Positions 1-9,104 of a DNA stretch of 42,650 nt are shown piece after piece (positions within the stretch are counted from its first letter, which is position 1; every line of letters starts with the position of its first letter). Made by a program: the position numbers and the translations under genes. Under the pieces are notes generated by a model. It saw only the letters and a program-made list of their open reading frames with translations, was not told the DNA's origin and searched no databases. The stretch is taken from assembly GCA_964369245.1 (NCBI GenBank), contig CAYJEL010000002.1:1-42650 (forward strand). Reading direction: 5' to 3'. Source of the stretch: an uncultured Muribaculaceae bacterium (GTDB taxonomy: Bacteria > Bacillota_I > Bacilli_A > RF39 > UBA660).

Positions 1-2
1 TG

Positions 3-107
3 GTTATTGATGTTGAAAATGAAATGAAGGAAGCAGCTAAAAATTTAGATTTTGAAAAAGCTATGGAACTTCGTGATATATTATTTGAATTAAAAAGTGA
101 AATGTAA
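3..107 (+). CDS. uvrB: Excinuclease ABC subunit B, C-terminal fragment (5' end outside window)
   Basis: Frame 3 reads VIDVENEMKEAAKNLDFEKAMELRDILFELKSEM*, the UVR-domain tail typical of UvrB. Stop TAA at 105-107. Confidence 0.75.
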   Translation, partial: VIDVENEMKEAAKNLDFEKAMELRDILFELKSEM

Positions 108-133
108 TATAATTAATAAGGAGGTAGATATTT

Positions 134-949
134 ATGAATCCTATTTTGTTAGATTTAGGTTTTATCCAAATTTATTGGTATTCAATTTTTATTTTATTAG
201 GTGTTGTTATTGGAACTTCATTAATTATGAAGGAATCTAAAAAATTTAATATACCAAAAGATTTTATGGGTAATTTGTTATTTTATACTTTAGTGTTTGG
301 TTTTATTGGCGCTAGGTTATACTATGTAGCATTTAATTGGTCTTATTATAGTAATAATTTAAATGAAATTTTGATGTTTTGGGAAGGTGGCCTTGCTATT
401 CATGGTGGTATTTTATTTGGGTTATTATTTATGGTGTTTTATTGTCGTAAATATAAAGCAACTTTATTTAGAATATTAGATATTAGTGTGATAGGTTTAC
501 TTGTGGGTCAAGCAATTGGAAGATGGGGAAATTTCTTTAATAGTGAAGCCCATGGTCCAACTACGACTGCAGAATTTTTAGAAAGTATATTTATTCCTCA
601 ATTTGTAATTGATGGAATGGAAATTAATGGTGTTTATTATCAACCTACATTTTTATATGAATCGTTATGGTGTATATTAGGGGTAATTATTTTATTATTA
701 ATTAAAAGAACTTATTATTGGAAAATTGGTCAAAGCACAGCATTTTATTTAATATGGTATGGTATTGGTAGATATTTTATTGAATCAATGAGAACTGATA
801 GTTTAATGTTTTTAGACTTAAAAGCAGCACAAGTAGTTTCATTAATTATGGTGATCGCTGGTATTGGTTTATTTATTTATAAAGCCTCAGGATCAAAATT
901 TAGAAATCGATATAATGATAAAGAAAATATAGAAAACATATTGTTTTAG
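134..949 (+). CDS. lgt: Prolipoprotein diacylglyceryl transferase
   Basis: Polytopic membrane protein with the Lgt signature GRWGNFFNSEAHG. RBS AAGGAGG lies upstream of the ATG at 134. Confidence 0.9.
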   Translation: MNPILLDLGFIQIYWYSIFILLGVVIGTSLIMKESKKFNIPKDFMGNLLFYTLVFGFIGARLYYVAFNWSYYSNNLNEILMFWEGGLAIHGGILFGLLFMVFYCRKYKATLFRILDISVIGLLVGQAIGRWGNFFNSEAHGPTTTAEFLESIFIPQFVIDGMEINGVYYQPTFLYESLWCILGVIILLLIKRTYYWKIGQSTAFYLIWYGIGRYFIESMRTDSLMFLDLKAAQVVSLIMVIAGIGLFIYKASGSKFRNRYNDKENIENILF

Positions 950-956
950 GAGAATT

Positions 957-1898
957 ATGAATAAGAAAATTGTAGTCTTAGGTGGTGGAACTGGATTATC
1001 CACAATATTAAGGGGACTTAAAAAATTTCCAGTTGATATAACAGCTATTGTAACTGTATTTGATGATGGTAAAAGTACTGGTAAATTAAGAAAAGAATTT
1101 AATATACCGGCTGTTGGAGATATTAGAAGAGTAATTGTTGCTTTATCAGAAACAGAACCGTTGTTGGAAAAAATTATTAATTATCGATTTCACAATAATT
1201 CTTCTTTAATGGGGCATTCATTAGGAAATTTATTATTAACTAGTTTAATAGATTGTTCTTCTTCTTTTTCTGAAGGTATTAAAGAATTAAGTAAAGTATT
1301 GAATTTAAAAGGGAAAGTTTTACCTTTAACTGAAGATAATGCTATTTTAAAAGCTTTAATGAATGATGGTAATATGATTGTTGGAGAACATAAAATAACT
1401 GAGTATGATTCAACTATTAAAGAAATATCATATGTTAATGAACCTACTATATTACCTGAAGTTATTGAAGAGATAAAAAGTGCTGATATGATTTTACTTA
1501 GTATGGGAAGTTTATATACTAGTGTTGCTTGTAATTTAATTAGTGGTGATATTAAAAATGCTATCGATGAATCAAAAGCTAAAATAATGTATGTTTGTAA
1601 TATGATGACACAACCTGGTGAAACTGAAGGTTTTACTGTTAGTGATCATATTAATGTTTTAAATAGTTATTTGGGTAATAAAAAAATAGATACTTGTGTT
1701 GTTAATAATGGACATATTTCAAATGAGGTTATTAATAGATATAAAGTTTTAGAACAGAAAGATCCTGTTTTATTAGATATAGATAATTTAAAAGATATAA
1801 ATTTCATATTAAATGATTTTGTTATAATTGAAGATGATATGATTAAACATAATACAGTTAAATTGGCTTTTCATATTGTTGCTTCGATGATTGATTAA
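957..1898 (+). CDS. yvcK: YvcK-like gluconeogenesis/cell-shape factor (UPF0052, CofD-like)
   Basis: N-terminal VVLGGGTGLSTILRGLK motif. Sits immediately upstream of whiA, as in other Firmicutes. Confidence 0.85.
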   Translation: MNKKIVVLGGGTGLSTILRGLKKFPVDITAIVTVFDDGKSTGKLRKEFNIPAVGDIRRVIVALSETEPLLEKIINYRFHNNSSLMGHSLGNLLLTSLIDCSSSFSEGIKELSKVLNLKGKVLPLTEDNAILKALMNDGNMIVGEHKITEYDSTIKEISYVNEPTILPEVIEEIKSADMILLSMGSLYTSVACNLISGDIKNAIDESKAKIMYVCNMMTQPGETEGFTVSDHINVLNSYLGNKKIDTCVVNNGHISNEVINRYKVLEQKDPVLLDIDNLKDINFILNDFVIIEDDMIKHNTVKLAFHIVASMID

Positions 1899-2798
1899 AT
1901 GTCATTTACTACTGATGTTAAAAATGAAGTTACTAAATTAGAAACTTCAAAATTTGAAAATATTGCTGAAATTGCTACTATAATAAGTTTATCAAGTATA
2001 AATACTGATGTAATTAAAATTACAACTGAAAATTATAGTGTTGCAAGAAGAGTATTTTCGCTTTTTAAAAATCTTTTAAATATTAATATGTCTATTACGG
2101 TTCGTAAGGGATTTAATTATTCTAAAAAACCTATATTTATTTTACAAACCTCAAAAGTTGATCTAGTTTTAAACGAGTATCCTTTAGAAAATAATTTACC
2201 TAAACAATGTTATATCGAGGATGAAGAGTGTAAAAGGGCTTTTTTAAGAGCAGTATTTGTAATGAATGGTTCAATTAACGATCCTAAAAAATCAAGATAT
2301 CACTTAGAATTTTTATTAAATGATTTTAGTTATGCTGAGTATTTAAATAATTTACTTAACCAATATTATTTAAATAGTAAAATTTTAAAACGTGAGAATA
2401 AATATATGGTTTATATTAAAGAAGCTGAAAAAATAAGTGACTTTTTAAGAATTATAAAATCATTTAATGCTGTTTTATATTATGAAGATATAAGAATTTA
2501 TCGAGATCATAAAAATATGACTAATCGTTTAAATAATTGTGAACAAGCAAATGTTGATAAAATTATAAATACAGCTTTGGAACAAGTTAAACAAATTGAA
2601 GCTATTCAAAATAAGGTTGGACTTGAATTACTTGATGAAAAAGAGCAAGTAGTAGCTTTATATAGACTTAAGTATCCTGAGGTTTCCTTAGTTGAATTAA
2701 GTGAGATTATATCTTTAGAAACTGAGAAGAAAATTACTAAATCTGGTATATACCACAGATTTAAAAAAATTAAAGAACTATATGAGAGAATCAAGTAG
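1899..2798 (+). CDS. whiA: DNA-binding protein WhiA
   Basis: About 300 aa with a degenerate LAGLIDADG-like core and a C-terminal HTH (SGIYHRFKKIKE). Conserved yvcK-whiA synteny. The start abuts the yvcK stop. Confidence 0.9.
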   Translation: MSFTTDVKNEVTKLETSKFENIAEIATIISLSSINTDVIKITTENYSVARRVFSLFKNLLNINMSITVRKGFNYSKKPIFILQTSKVDLVLNEYPLENNLPKQCYIEDEECKRAFLRAVFVMNGSINDPKKSRYHLEFLLNDFSYAEYLNNLLNQYYLNSKILKRENKYMVYIKEAEKISDFLRIIKSFNAVLYYEDIRIYRDHKNMTNRLNNCEQANVDKIINTALEQVKQIEAIQNKVGLELLDEKEQVVALYRLKYPEVSLVELSEIISLETEKKITKSGIYHRFKKIKELYERIK

Positions 2799-2808
2799 TT
2801 CTTTTTTT
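2738..2808 (+). repeat. 71-bp direct repeat, copy A (last ~19 codons of whiA, its stop and its terminator)
   Basis: Base-for-base identical to 3368-3438 (period 630 bp). The flanking bases differ: c/t on the left, c/g on the right. Confidence 0.95.
2773..2808 (+). terminator. Intrinsic terminator of whiA
   Basis: Stem AAGAACTA (2773-2780) pairs with TAGTTCTT (2796-2803) around a 15-nt loop, followed by a T-run to 2808. The whiA stop TAG lies in the descending stem. Confidence 0.6.
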
Positions 2809-2880
2809 CATTGTAGTTGTTTGTATTTATTTGATTATTGTCAAGTAATTATGTATAATATTTTAAAAGGAGGTGTCTTT

Positions 2881-3366
2881 ATGGCAAAGGTAATATTAAT
2901 TTGTGGTAAAATATGTAGTGGTAAAACTTATTATGTTAAACATAACTTGAAGAGTTTCAAAGCAGTTTCTTTATCATGTGATGAATTAGATAATATGGTT
3001 TTTCATAAATCTTTAACTGATACTCATGATGCAGTTTTTAAAGACGTACATAAGTATTTTCACAAAAAAACTGTGGAAATCGTTAATTTAGGTTGTAATG
3101 TAGTTTTGGATTGGGGATTTTGGCTATCTGAACAAAGGAAAGAAGTTACCAAGTATTATAAAGATAACAATATTCAATTTGAATGGCATTACATTGATAT
3201 TAATGATGAACAGTGGATGAAAAATATTGCAACTAGAAATGAATTGATTGAATTGGGAAAATCTGATGATTATTTTGTTGATGAAGGATTATATAATAAA
3301 GTAAATAAACTATTTGATATTCCAACAAGAGAGGAAATTGATATTTGGTATAGAAGTGAAAACTAG
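2881..3366 (+). CDS. Small P-loop NTPase / putative kinase (AAA_33 or zeta-toxin-like fold)
   Basis: Walker A GKICSGKT near the N-terminus and a hydrophobic strand plus Asp (VVLDWGF). RBS AAAGGAGG lies 7 nt before the ATG at 2881. The 2782 ORF start was rejected because it overlaps whiA and lacks an RBS. Confidence 0.6.
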   Translation: MAKVILICGKICSGKTYYVKHNLKSFKAVSLSCDELDNMVFHKSLTDTHDAVFKDVHKYFHKKTVEIVNLGCNVVLDWGFWLSEQRKEVTKYYKDNNIQFEWHYIDINDEQWMKNIATRNELIELGKSDDYFVDEGLYNKVNKLFDIPTREEIDIWYRSEN

Positions 3367-3367
3367 T

Positions 3368-3438
3368 TAAATCTGGTATATACCACAGATTTAAAAAAAT
3401 TAAAGAACTATATGAGAGAATCAAGTAGTTCTTTTTTT
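3368..3438 (+). repeat. 71-bp direct repeat, copy B
   Basis: Identical to 2738-2808. Begins 1 nt after the stop of the P-loop gene. Confidence 0.95.
3403..3438 (+). terminator. Duplicated copy of the whiA terminator, now terminating the inserted P-loop gene
   Basis: Same hairpin and T-run as 2773-2808, carried within repeat copy B. Confidence 0.55.
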
Positions 3439-3527
3439 GATTTTTTTTAAAAATATGGTATAATTAATAATTGTCTAGTGACTTTATATTTTTATAAATT
3501 TATAGTATAATTAATATGGGTGAAAAT

Positions 3528-4493
3528 ATGGACAAAACATTTGAAACATTAACAAAATTAATTAAGGAATCAGATAATGTTATTATTATGACACATAAAT
3601 ATCCTGATTTTGATGGATTGGGTTCTGCTTTTTGTATACAACAAATTATCAATGAATGGAATATTGAAAATTATATAGTTGATAGTATTGATGGTAAATC
3701 TAATTCTATTATCAAAGCATATAGTATGCTAAATGAAAACAAAATTAATTATTTTGTTAAAAGCAAGGGTTTTAAAATTAGTGATAATACATTATTAATA
3801 GTTTTAGATACTCATAAACCTGTCATGGTTGAAAATGAAGAATTGTTATCTTTAGTTAAAAATGTTGTTGTGATTGATCATCACATTAAAAGTAAAGATT
3901 ATATAAAAAATAGTAAGTTTACTTATATTAACTCTAATTTATCTAGTATTGTTGAATTTTCTACATTATATTTAGAATATTTAAATAAAACAATTGATCC
4001 TTTACTTGCTACTTTTATGTTAGTAGGATTAGAGGTTGATACCAATGGATTTAATTTAAAAACTAGTGATAAAACGCATGAAACTGCTGCTTATTTATTT
4101 AAGTTAGGTGCTGATAATATTTTAAAACAGATAATACTTAAAGAATCTATGGAAAATTATATAAAAAGGCATAGAGTAATTGAAAAAAGTATGATGATTA
4201 CTGAAAGTTATGCTTTATGTGTTACAGGTGAAGAAATTTATAGTAAAGTTGATTTGGCACAAATTGCTGAAGAAATGTTACAATTTGAAAATGTTGAAGC
4301 ATCTTTTGTAGTAGGTAGAATAGATGGTAATATGATTGGTATAAGTGCTAGAAGTATTGGTAATGTAAATGTTGAAAAGTTTATGTCTAAGTTAGAGGGT
4401 GGAGGTCATTTGAATGAAGCTGCAACTCAACTTAAATGTAGTTTAAAAGAAGCTGAAAAGAAATTAAGAGAAGTTATTGGAGGTAATGCATGA
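3528..4493 (+). CDS. Stand-alone DHH/DHHA1 phosphoesterase (GdpP/NrnA-like catalytic module)
   Basis: Motifs [18 protein letters not shown] (VIDHHIK) and DHHA1 GGGH. Occupies the gdpP (yybT) position upstream of rplI-dnaB. Start 3528 has a GGGTGA RBS; 3516 is an alternative start. An extended -10 (TGgTATAAT) lies at 3456-3464. Confidence 0.8.
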   Translation: MDKTFETLTKLIKESDNVIIMTHKYPDFDGLGSAFCIQQIINEWNIENYIVDSIDGKSNSIIKAYSMLNENKINYFVKSKGFKISDNTLLIVLDTHKPVMVENEELLSLVKNVVVIDHHIKSKDYIKNSKFTYINSNLSSIVEFSTLYLEYLNKTIDPLLATFMLVGLEVDTNGFNLKTSDKTHETAAYLFKLGADNILKQIILKESMENYIKRHRVIEKSMMITESYALCVTGEEIYSKVDLAQIAEEMLQFENVEASFVVGRIDGNMIGISARSIGNVNVEKFMSKLEGGGHLNEAATQLKCSLKEAEKKLREVIGGNA

Positions 4494-4930
4494 AAGTAAT
4501 TTTTATTAAGGATTTAAAAGGTAAAGGTAAAAAAGGTGAAATTAAAAATGTAGCTGATGGTTATGCTGAAAACTTTTTATGTAAAAATGGATATGCTATT
4601 AAAGCTAATGAAGGTAATTTAAAACAATATAATACTTCTTTAGAAAAACAAAAGGAAAAAGAATTATTAGATATAGAAAAAGCTAAAAAAGAAAAGGAAA
4701 AATTAGAAAAATTAACTATTACAATTGCTGTTAAAACTGGTAGTGGTGATAGGGTATTTGGTAGTGTTAGTACTAAACAAATTGCTACGGAATTAAAAAA
4801 ATTAAATTTTGAAATTGAAAAAAATAAAATAAAGTTAAATGAAAGTTTATCATCTTTAGGAGTACATAATGTAAATGTTGAACTTCACAAAAGTGTAATT
4901 GCTGTTGTAAAAGTTCATTTAGTAAAGTAG
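4490..4930 (+). CDS. rplI: 50S ribosomal protein L9
   Basis: [30 protein letters not shown] is a typical L9 N-terminus. ATGA start/stop overlap with the upstream gene. Confidence 0.95.
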   Translation: MKVIFIKDLKGKGKKGEIKNVADGYAENFLCKNGYAIKANEGNLKQYNTSLEKQKEKELLDIEKAKKEKEKLEKLTITIAVKTGSGDRVFGSVSTKQIATELKKLNFEIEKNKIKLNESLSSLGVHNVNVELHKSVIAVVKVHLVK

Positions 4931-4937
4931 GTGAGTT

Positions 4938-6290
4938 ATGAAAGAAAAAGTTATACCACATAGTATAGAAGCAGAACAAGCTGTTTTAGGTTCAATGTTT
5001 CTAACTAAATATGCTCTTCAAAAAAGTATTGAATCATTACATGAATCATTATTTTATTTGGAAGCTCATAGTAAAATATTTACTATTATTAGAGATTTAT
5101 CTGAAGTAGGTGTTCCTATTGATGTTATGACTGTTTCTGAAGAACTTAAAAAAAGAAAATGGCTTAATGTTGTAGGTGGAATAGAAGCTTTAACTGAGAT
5201 TGCTTTAAGTGTTCCTACTGCAGCAAATGTTGATGAATATATAAAAATAGTCGAAGAAAAAGCTGTTTTAAGAAGATTAATAGATAAAGCTACTGATATA
5301 GCAACTAAAGCTTATAATTCAACTGGACAAATTAATGATACATTGGATTATGCTGAAACTGAAATTTTATCTGTTGTAAAAACTCGTAAGGGTTCTGAAT
5401 TTAAAACGATTCAAGATGTTTTATTTAAAGCACAATCTGATTTGGAGAAGCTATCTAAAAATAAAGGTTTAATTACTGGTATTCAAACTGGTTTTAGTAA
5501 GTTAGATAAGTTAACTTCGGGATTACATCCTAATGAGTTAATTATTTTAGCAGCTCGTCCCGGGATGGGGAAAACTGCTATTGCATTAAATTTAGCTACT
5601 AATATAGCTATTGATGATAAAAAAACTGTGGCTTTATTTAATATGGAGATGAGTGCGGAACAGTTAATTACTCGTATGTTAGCTCAAGTTGGTCAAATTC
5701 AAGGTAATAAATTAAAAAATGGTAGTTTACAGCACGATGATTGGCGTAGAGTTAATGAAGCTATTAGTAGGTTAGCAGAAACTAAAATGTATATTGATGA
5801 TACTGCTGGTATGACTATTAGTGAGATTAGAGCTAAATGTCGAAGACTTGCTTCTATGAAAGATGGAATTGATATTGTAATAATAGATTATTTACAGTTA
5901 ATTCAGGGTTCTGATCGTTATAAAGGTAACCGTGTTCAAGAGGTTACTGAAATTTCGAGATCGTTAAAAACTTTAGCTATGGAATTAAAAATTCCTGTTA
6001 TTGCTTTATCTCAGTTATCACGTAGTGTTGAAGGTAAAGGTAGAGCAGATAAAAGACCGATATTAAGTGACTTAAGAGAATCTGGTTCAATAGAACAGGA
6101 TGCCGATATAGTTGCAATGTTACATAGAGAAGATTATTATAACCGTGAATTATTGCAGGGTGATAATATATCTCGAGCTGAGCTTATTATAGCTAAACAC
6201 AGAAATGGGCCAGTTGATACAATACACTTAGCTTTTAAAACTGATACTAGTACATTTAATACTATTGATGAAATAGAAGGTGAAGAATGA
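4938..6290 (+). CDS. dnaB: Replicative DNA helicase
   Basis: DnaB N-terminal domain (IPHSIEAEQAVLGSM), Walker A ARPGMGKT and the IIDYLQL motif. Confidence 0.95.
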   Translation: MKEKVIPHSIEAEQAVLGSMFLTKYALQKSIESLHESLFYLEAHSKIFTIIRDLSEVGVPIDVMTVSEELKKRKWLNVVGGIEALTEIALSVPTAANVDEYIKIVEEKAVLRRLIDKATDIATKAYNSTGQINDTLDYAETEILSVVKTRKGSEFKTIQDVLFKAQSDLEKLSKNKGLITGIQTGFSKLDKLTSGLHPNELIILAARPGMGKTAIALNLATNIAIDDKKTVALFNMEMSAEQLITRMLAQVGQIQGNKLKNGSLQHDDWRRVNEAISRLAETKMYIDDTAGMTISEIRAKCRRLASMKDGIDIVIIDYLQLIQGSDRYKGNRVQEVTEISRSLKTLAMELKIPVIALSQLSRSVEGKGRADKRPILSDLRESGSIEQDADIVAMLHREDYYNRELLQGDNISRAELIIAKHRNGPVDTIHLAFKTDTSTFNTIDEIEGEE

Positions 6291-7861
6291 AAAAAAATAT
6301 AATTATTAGTTTATTTTTAGGACTTATGTTATTTTTTGTTAGTTTTGATTATGGTAAATCGTTATATCCTAATGAATTTTATAATGTTTTTTTAGATGAT
6401 AAACTACTTGGTACAATTTATTCGGAAGAGGAATTGTATAAATATATTGAAGAAAAAACTGATATATATGTAAATGCTGGAACAATTAGTAGAAATTTTT
6501 GTCCTATAGATGATGAAGCTTTGGAATTAATGGAAAATAATCCTTATGAAAAATATAAAAGTAATGGTGTTGATTGTGTTCGTATTGATTTGGAAGATGA
6601 AAGAAAAATTGAGGATGTTTATAATCCTGATGGTTTAACAGTTGAAAAGGTTTTAACTTATGATGTTGATTTATCTAATGTTGAAGAAGTTTATAACTCA
6701 ATGGTTGATATAAAATCATTTAATGTTAAGGGATATCAATTTATTATTCGTGATGAAGAAACTGATATGGTTATTAATGTTTTAGATAAAGATATATTTG
6801 AAACTTCTATTAATGAGATTATCCAAACTTATGTAGGTAGTAATGAATATGAAGCTTATTTAAGTGATAATCAAGTAAAAATAGAAGCTACAGGAAATAT
6901 GATAGAAAATGTTTATATTTCTGAAAACATAACTTTTATTGAAAAAAATATTGCTGTTTCGGAAAGAATTTTTATGGATTCTGATGCTTTATCTCAATAT
7001 TTATTATTTGGTGATAATCCGGTTACTTCAACTTATACAGTAAAAGAAAATGAAGAAGTAGAAACAATAGCTTTTAATAATAAAATATCTATTCAGGAAT
7101 TTTTGATATCAAATCCTAAGTATCAGGATGAGAATGCTTTAATAGGAACTGGAACTATTGTTCAAATTAAAGAAACTAGTCCTAAAATATCTGTTGTTAG
7201 TGAAGAGTTTGAAGTATTTGATAAAGTGAGTGAATATCAAACAGTATATCAATATGATGATACGCAATTGGTAACTTATATAGAAACTATTCAAGATGGT
7301 AGTGATGGATTAGAAAGAATTTCTCAGAGAGTTCAAAAAATAAATGGTAATATTACTTTCGTTGAGCCTGTTTCTAAAGAAGTTTTAAAAGCAACTGTTA
7401 ATGAAATTATTGTTAAAGGTGAAAAAGAAGTTCCTAATGTTGGGTATTTAGATACATGGGCTTGGCCTACTGCATCTGGATGGATTTTGACTCAAGATTA
7501 TGAGTGGAGAATTAATCCTTTATATGGCTATCGTGAATTCCATAGAGCTTTAGATATTGCTGGTACTGGTTATGGTTCTCCAATATATGCTATTAATAAT
7601 GGTACTATTATAACTAAAGAGTATCGTAGTGATTATGGGTATATGATTGTAATAGATCATAATAATGGTTATTATAGTTCTTATTCACATTTAAATGGTT
7701 ATGCTGCTAATATTAATTTAGGTGATACTGTTTCATATGGGCAATTAATTGCTTATATGGGAAGTACTGGATGGTCAACTGGTCCCCATTTACACTTTGA
7801 AGTATGGTATGGATGTGCTAGTAGTAGTAGTTGTCATATCAATCCGTGGTTGATATATTAA
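6287..7861 (+). CDS. Membrane-anchored M23 (LytM-type) peptidoglycan endopeptidase
   Basis: N-terminal TM segment and a C-terminal M23 domain with the canonical HRALDIAG ... SHLNG ... GPHLHFEVW motifs. ATGA overlap with dnaB. Confidence 0.85.
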   Translation: MKKNIIISLFLGLMLFFVSFDYGKSLYPNEFYNVFLDDKLLGTIYSEEELYKYIEEKTDIYVNAGTISRNFCPIDDEALELMENNPYEKYKSNGVDCVRIDLEDERKIEDVYNPDGLTVEKVLTYDVDLSNVEEVYNSMVDIKSFNVKGYQFIIRDEETDMVINVLDKDIFETSINEIIQTYVGSNEYEAYLSDNQVKIEATGNMIENVYISENITFIEKNIAVSERIFMDSDALSQYLLFGDNPVTSTYTVKENEEVETIAFNNKISIQEFLISNPKYQDENALIGTGTIVQIKETSPKISVVSEEFEVFDKVSEYQTVYQYDDTQLVTYIETIQDGSDGLERISQRVQKINGNITFVEPVSKEVLKATVNEIIVKGEKEVPNVGYLDTWAWPTASGWILTQDYEWRINPLYGYREFHRALDIAGTGYGSPIYAINNGTIITKEYRSDYGYMIVIDHNNGYYSSYSHLNGYAANINLGDTVSYGQLIAYMGSTGWSTGPHLHFEVWYGCASSSSCHINPWLIY

Positions 7862-8613
7862 TGAGATTTAGTGTACTTTCTTCTGGTTCTAAGGGTAATT
7901 GTACTTATTTAGAAATAAATGGTAAAAAAATATTAATTGATGTTGGTATTGCCAATGGAAATATTGTTAAAAAGTTAGATGAAATAGGTGTTGATTATAA
8001 TTTAATTGATTATGTGTTTATAACGCATGCTCATTCTGACCATGTATGTGGATTACAAGTTTTTTGTAAAAAAAATAACAGTGAAATATTTGTATGTGAA
8101 GAGATGTTAAAAGATATAAAATTTGATTTCAAATATGAATTATTGGAAGATAGTTTATATTTAGATGGTATAAATATAGAAGTATTAAAATTAAGTCATG
8201 ATTTTTATTGTGTTGGTTATAAATTTAGTTTTGGTGATAAAAGTTTATGTTATATAACTGATACTGGTTATTTAAATAAAAAATATTTTGCTAAATTAAG
8301 TAATTTAGATGCTTATATATTTGAATCTAATCATGATATTAATATGTTAATGGAACATGATTACCCTTATTATACTAAACAAAGAATTAGAGGGGATATT
8401 GGTCATTTATCTAATGAAGATGCTTCTAAACATTTATGTAGTTTAATTGGAGATAAGACTAAAAGTGTTGTTTTAGCTCATGTGTCTGATAATAGTAATA
8501 CTTATGAATTGGCATGTGAAACTTTAATTAATAAATTAAAAGATAAGAAAATATTATTTGATAATGTTAAGGTTGCTAAGCAAAATGAAGTATTGGAGTT
8601 TATTGTAATATGA
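7861..8613 (+). CDS. yycJ: MBL-fold metallo-hydrolase, YycJ/WalJ-like
   Basis: Metallo-beta-lactamase motif ITHAHSDHVCG. The internal ATG at 7861 forms a TAATG overlap with the upstream stop. Lies next to rlmH, as in Bacilli. Confidence 0.8.
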   Translation: MRFSVLSSGSKGNCTYLEINGKKILIDVGIANGNIVKKLDEIGVDYNLIDYVFITHAHSDHVCGLQVFCKKNNSEIFVCEEMLKDIKFDFKYELLEDSLYLDGINIEVLKLSHDFYCVGYKFSFGDKSLCYITDTGYLNKKYFAKLSNLDAYIFESNHDINMLMEHDYPYYTKQRIRGDIGHLSNEDASKHLCSLIGDKTKSVVLAHVSDNSNTYELACETLINKLKDKKILFDNVKVAKQNEVLEFIVI

Positions 8614-9044
8614 TAAAAATTATATGTTGTGGAAAACTAAAAGAAAAATATTTGGTTGATGCAGTACTTGAGTACAGTAAAAGATTATCTAAATATACCA
8701 AATTAAATATAATTGAATTAAAAGATAGTGATATTAATAGTGAAAAAGAAGAAATTTTAAAATATATTGATAAAAAGGATTATGTTGTTACTTTAGAAAT
8801 AGATGGTTTGGAAATGACTTCTGTTAATTTTTCTAAAAAAATAGATAGTATTTTAATAACTAACCCTAATATTACTTTTATAATTGGTGGTTCTTTAGGT
8901 ATACATGATGAAATAAAAGATAAAAGTAACTTAGCTTTATCTTTTTCTAAATTAACATTTCCTCATCAATTATTTAGAGTTATGTTATTGGAACAAATTT
9001 ATAGATGTTTTAAAATAATAAATAATGAAAGTTACCATAAGTAG
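8610..9044 (+). CDS. rlmH: 23S rRNA (pseudouridine1915-N3)-methyltransferase
   Basis: SPOUT-family protein of the size and pattern of RlmH (IIGGSLG ... FPHQLFRVMLLEQIYR). Confidence 0.85.
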   Translation: MIKIICCGKLKEKYLVDAVLEYSKRLSKYTKLNIIELKDSDINSEKEEILKYIDKKDYVVTLEIDGLEMTSVNFSKKIDSILITNPNITFIIGGSLGIHDEIKDKSNLALSFSKLTFPHQLFRVMLLEQIYRCFKIINNESYHK

Positions 9045-9104
9045 CTTTTTTTATTGTTTTATATGGTTTTTATTGTTATAATTATTATGGAAGGTAGGTT
9101 ATTT

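Noticed and set aside
2782-2880. N-terminal extensions offered by the ORF track: 2782 for the P-loop gene, 7831 yycJ, 9054 deoD, 9800 pdp, 24633 pgk, 31170 ftsE, 31846 ftsX, 34718 M23 copy 2 and 41700 for the 41829 gene.
   Set aside because: In every case an internal ATG is preceded by a good Shine-Dalgarno sequence or forms an ATGA/TAATG coupling overlap. The protein family's conserved N-terminus also begins at that internal ATG.
2606-3424. Two - strand ORFs (2606-2794 and 3233-3424) with identical N-termini (MILSYSSLIFLNLWYIPDL), which might look like a duplicated small gene.
   Set aside because: The shared sequence is simply the reverse translation of the 71-bp direct repeat. Both ORFs are antisense to whiA or the P-loop gene and have no RBS.
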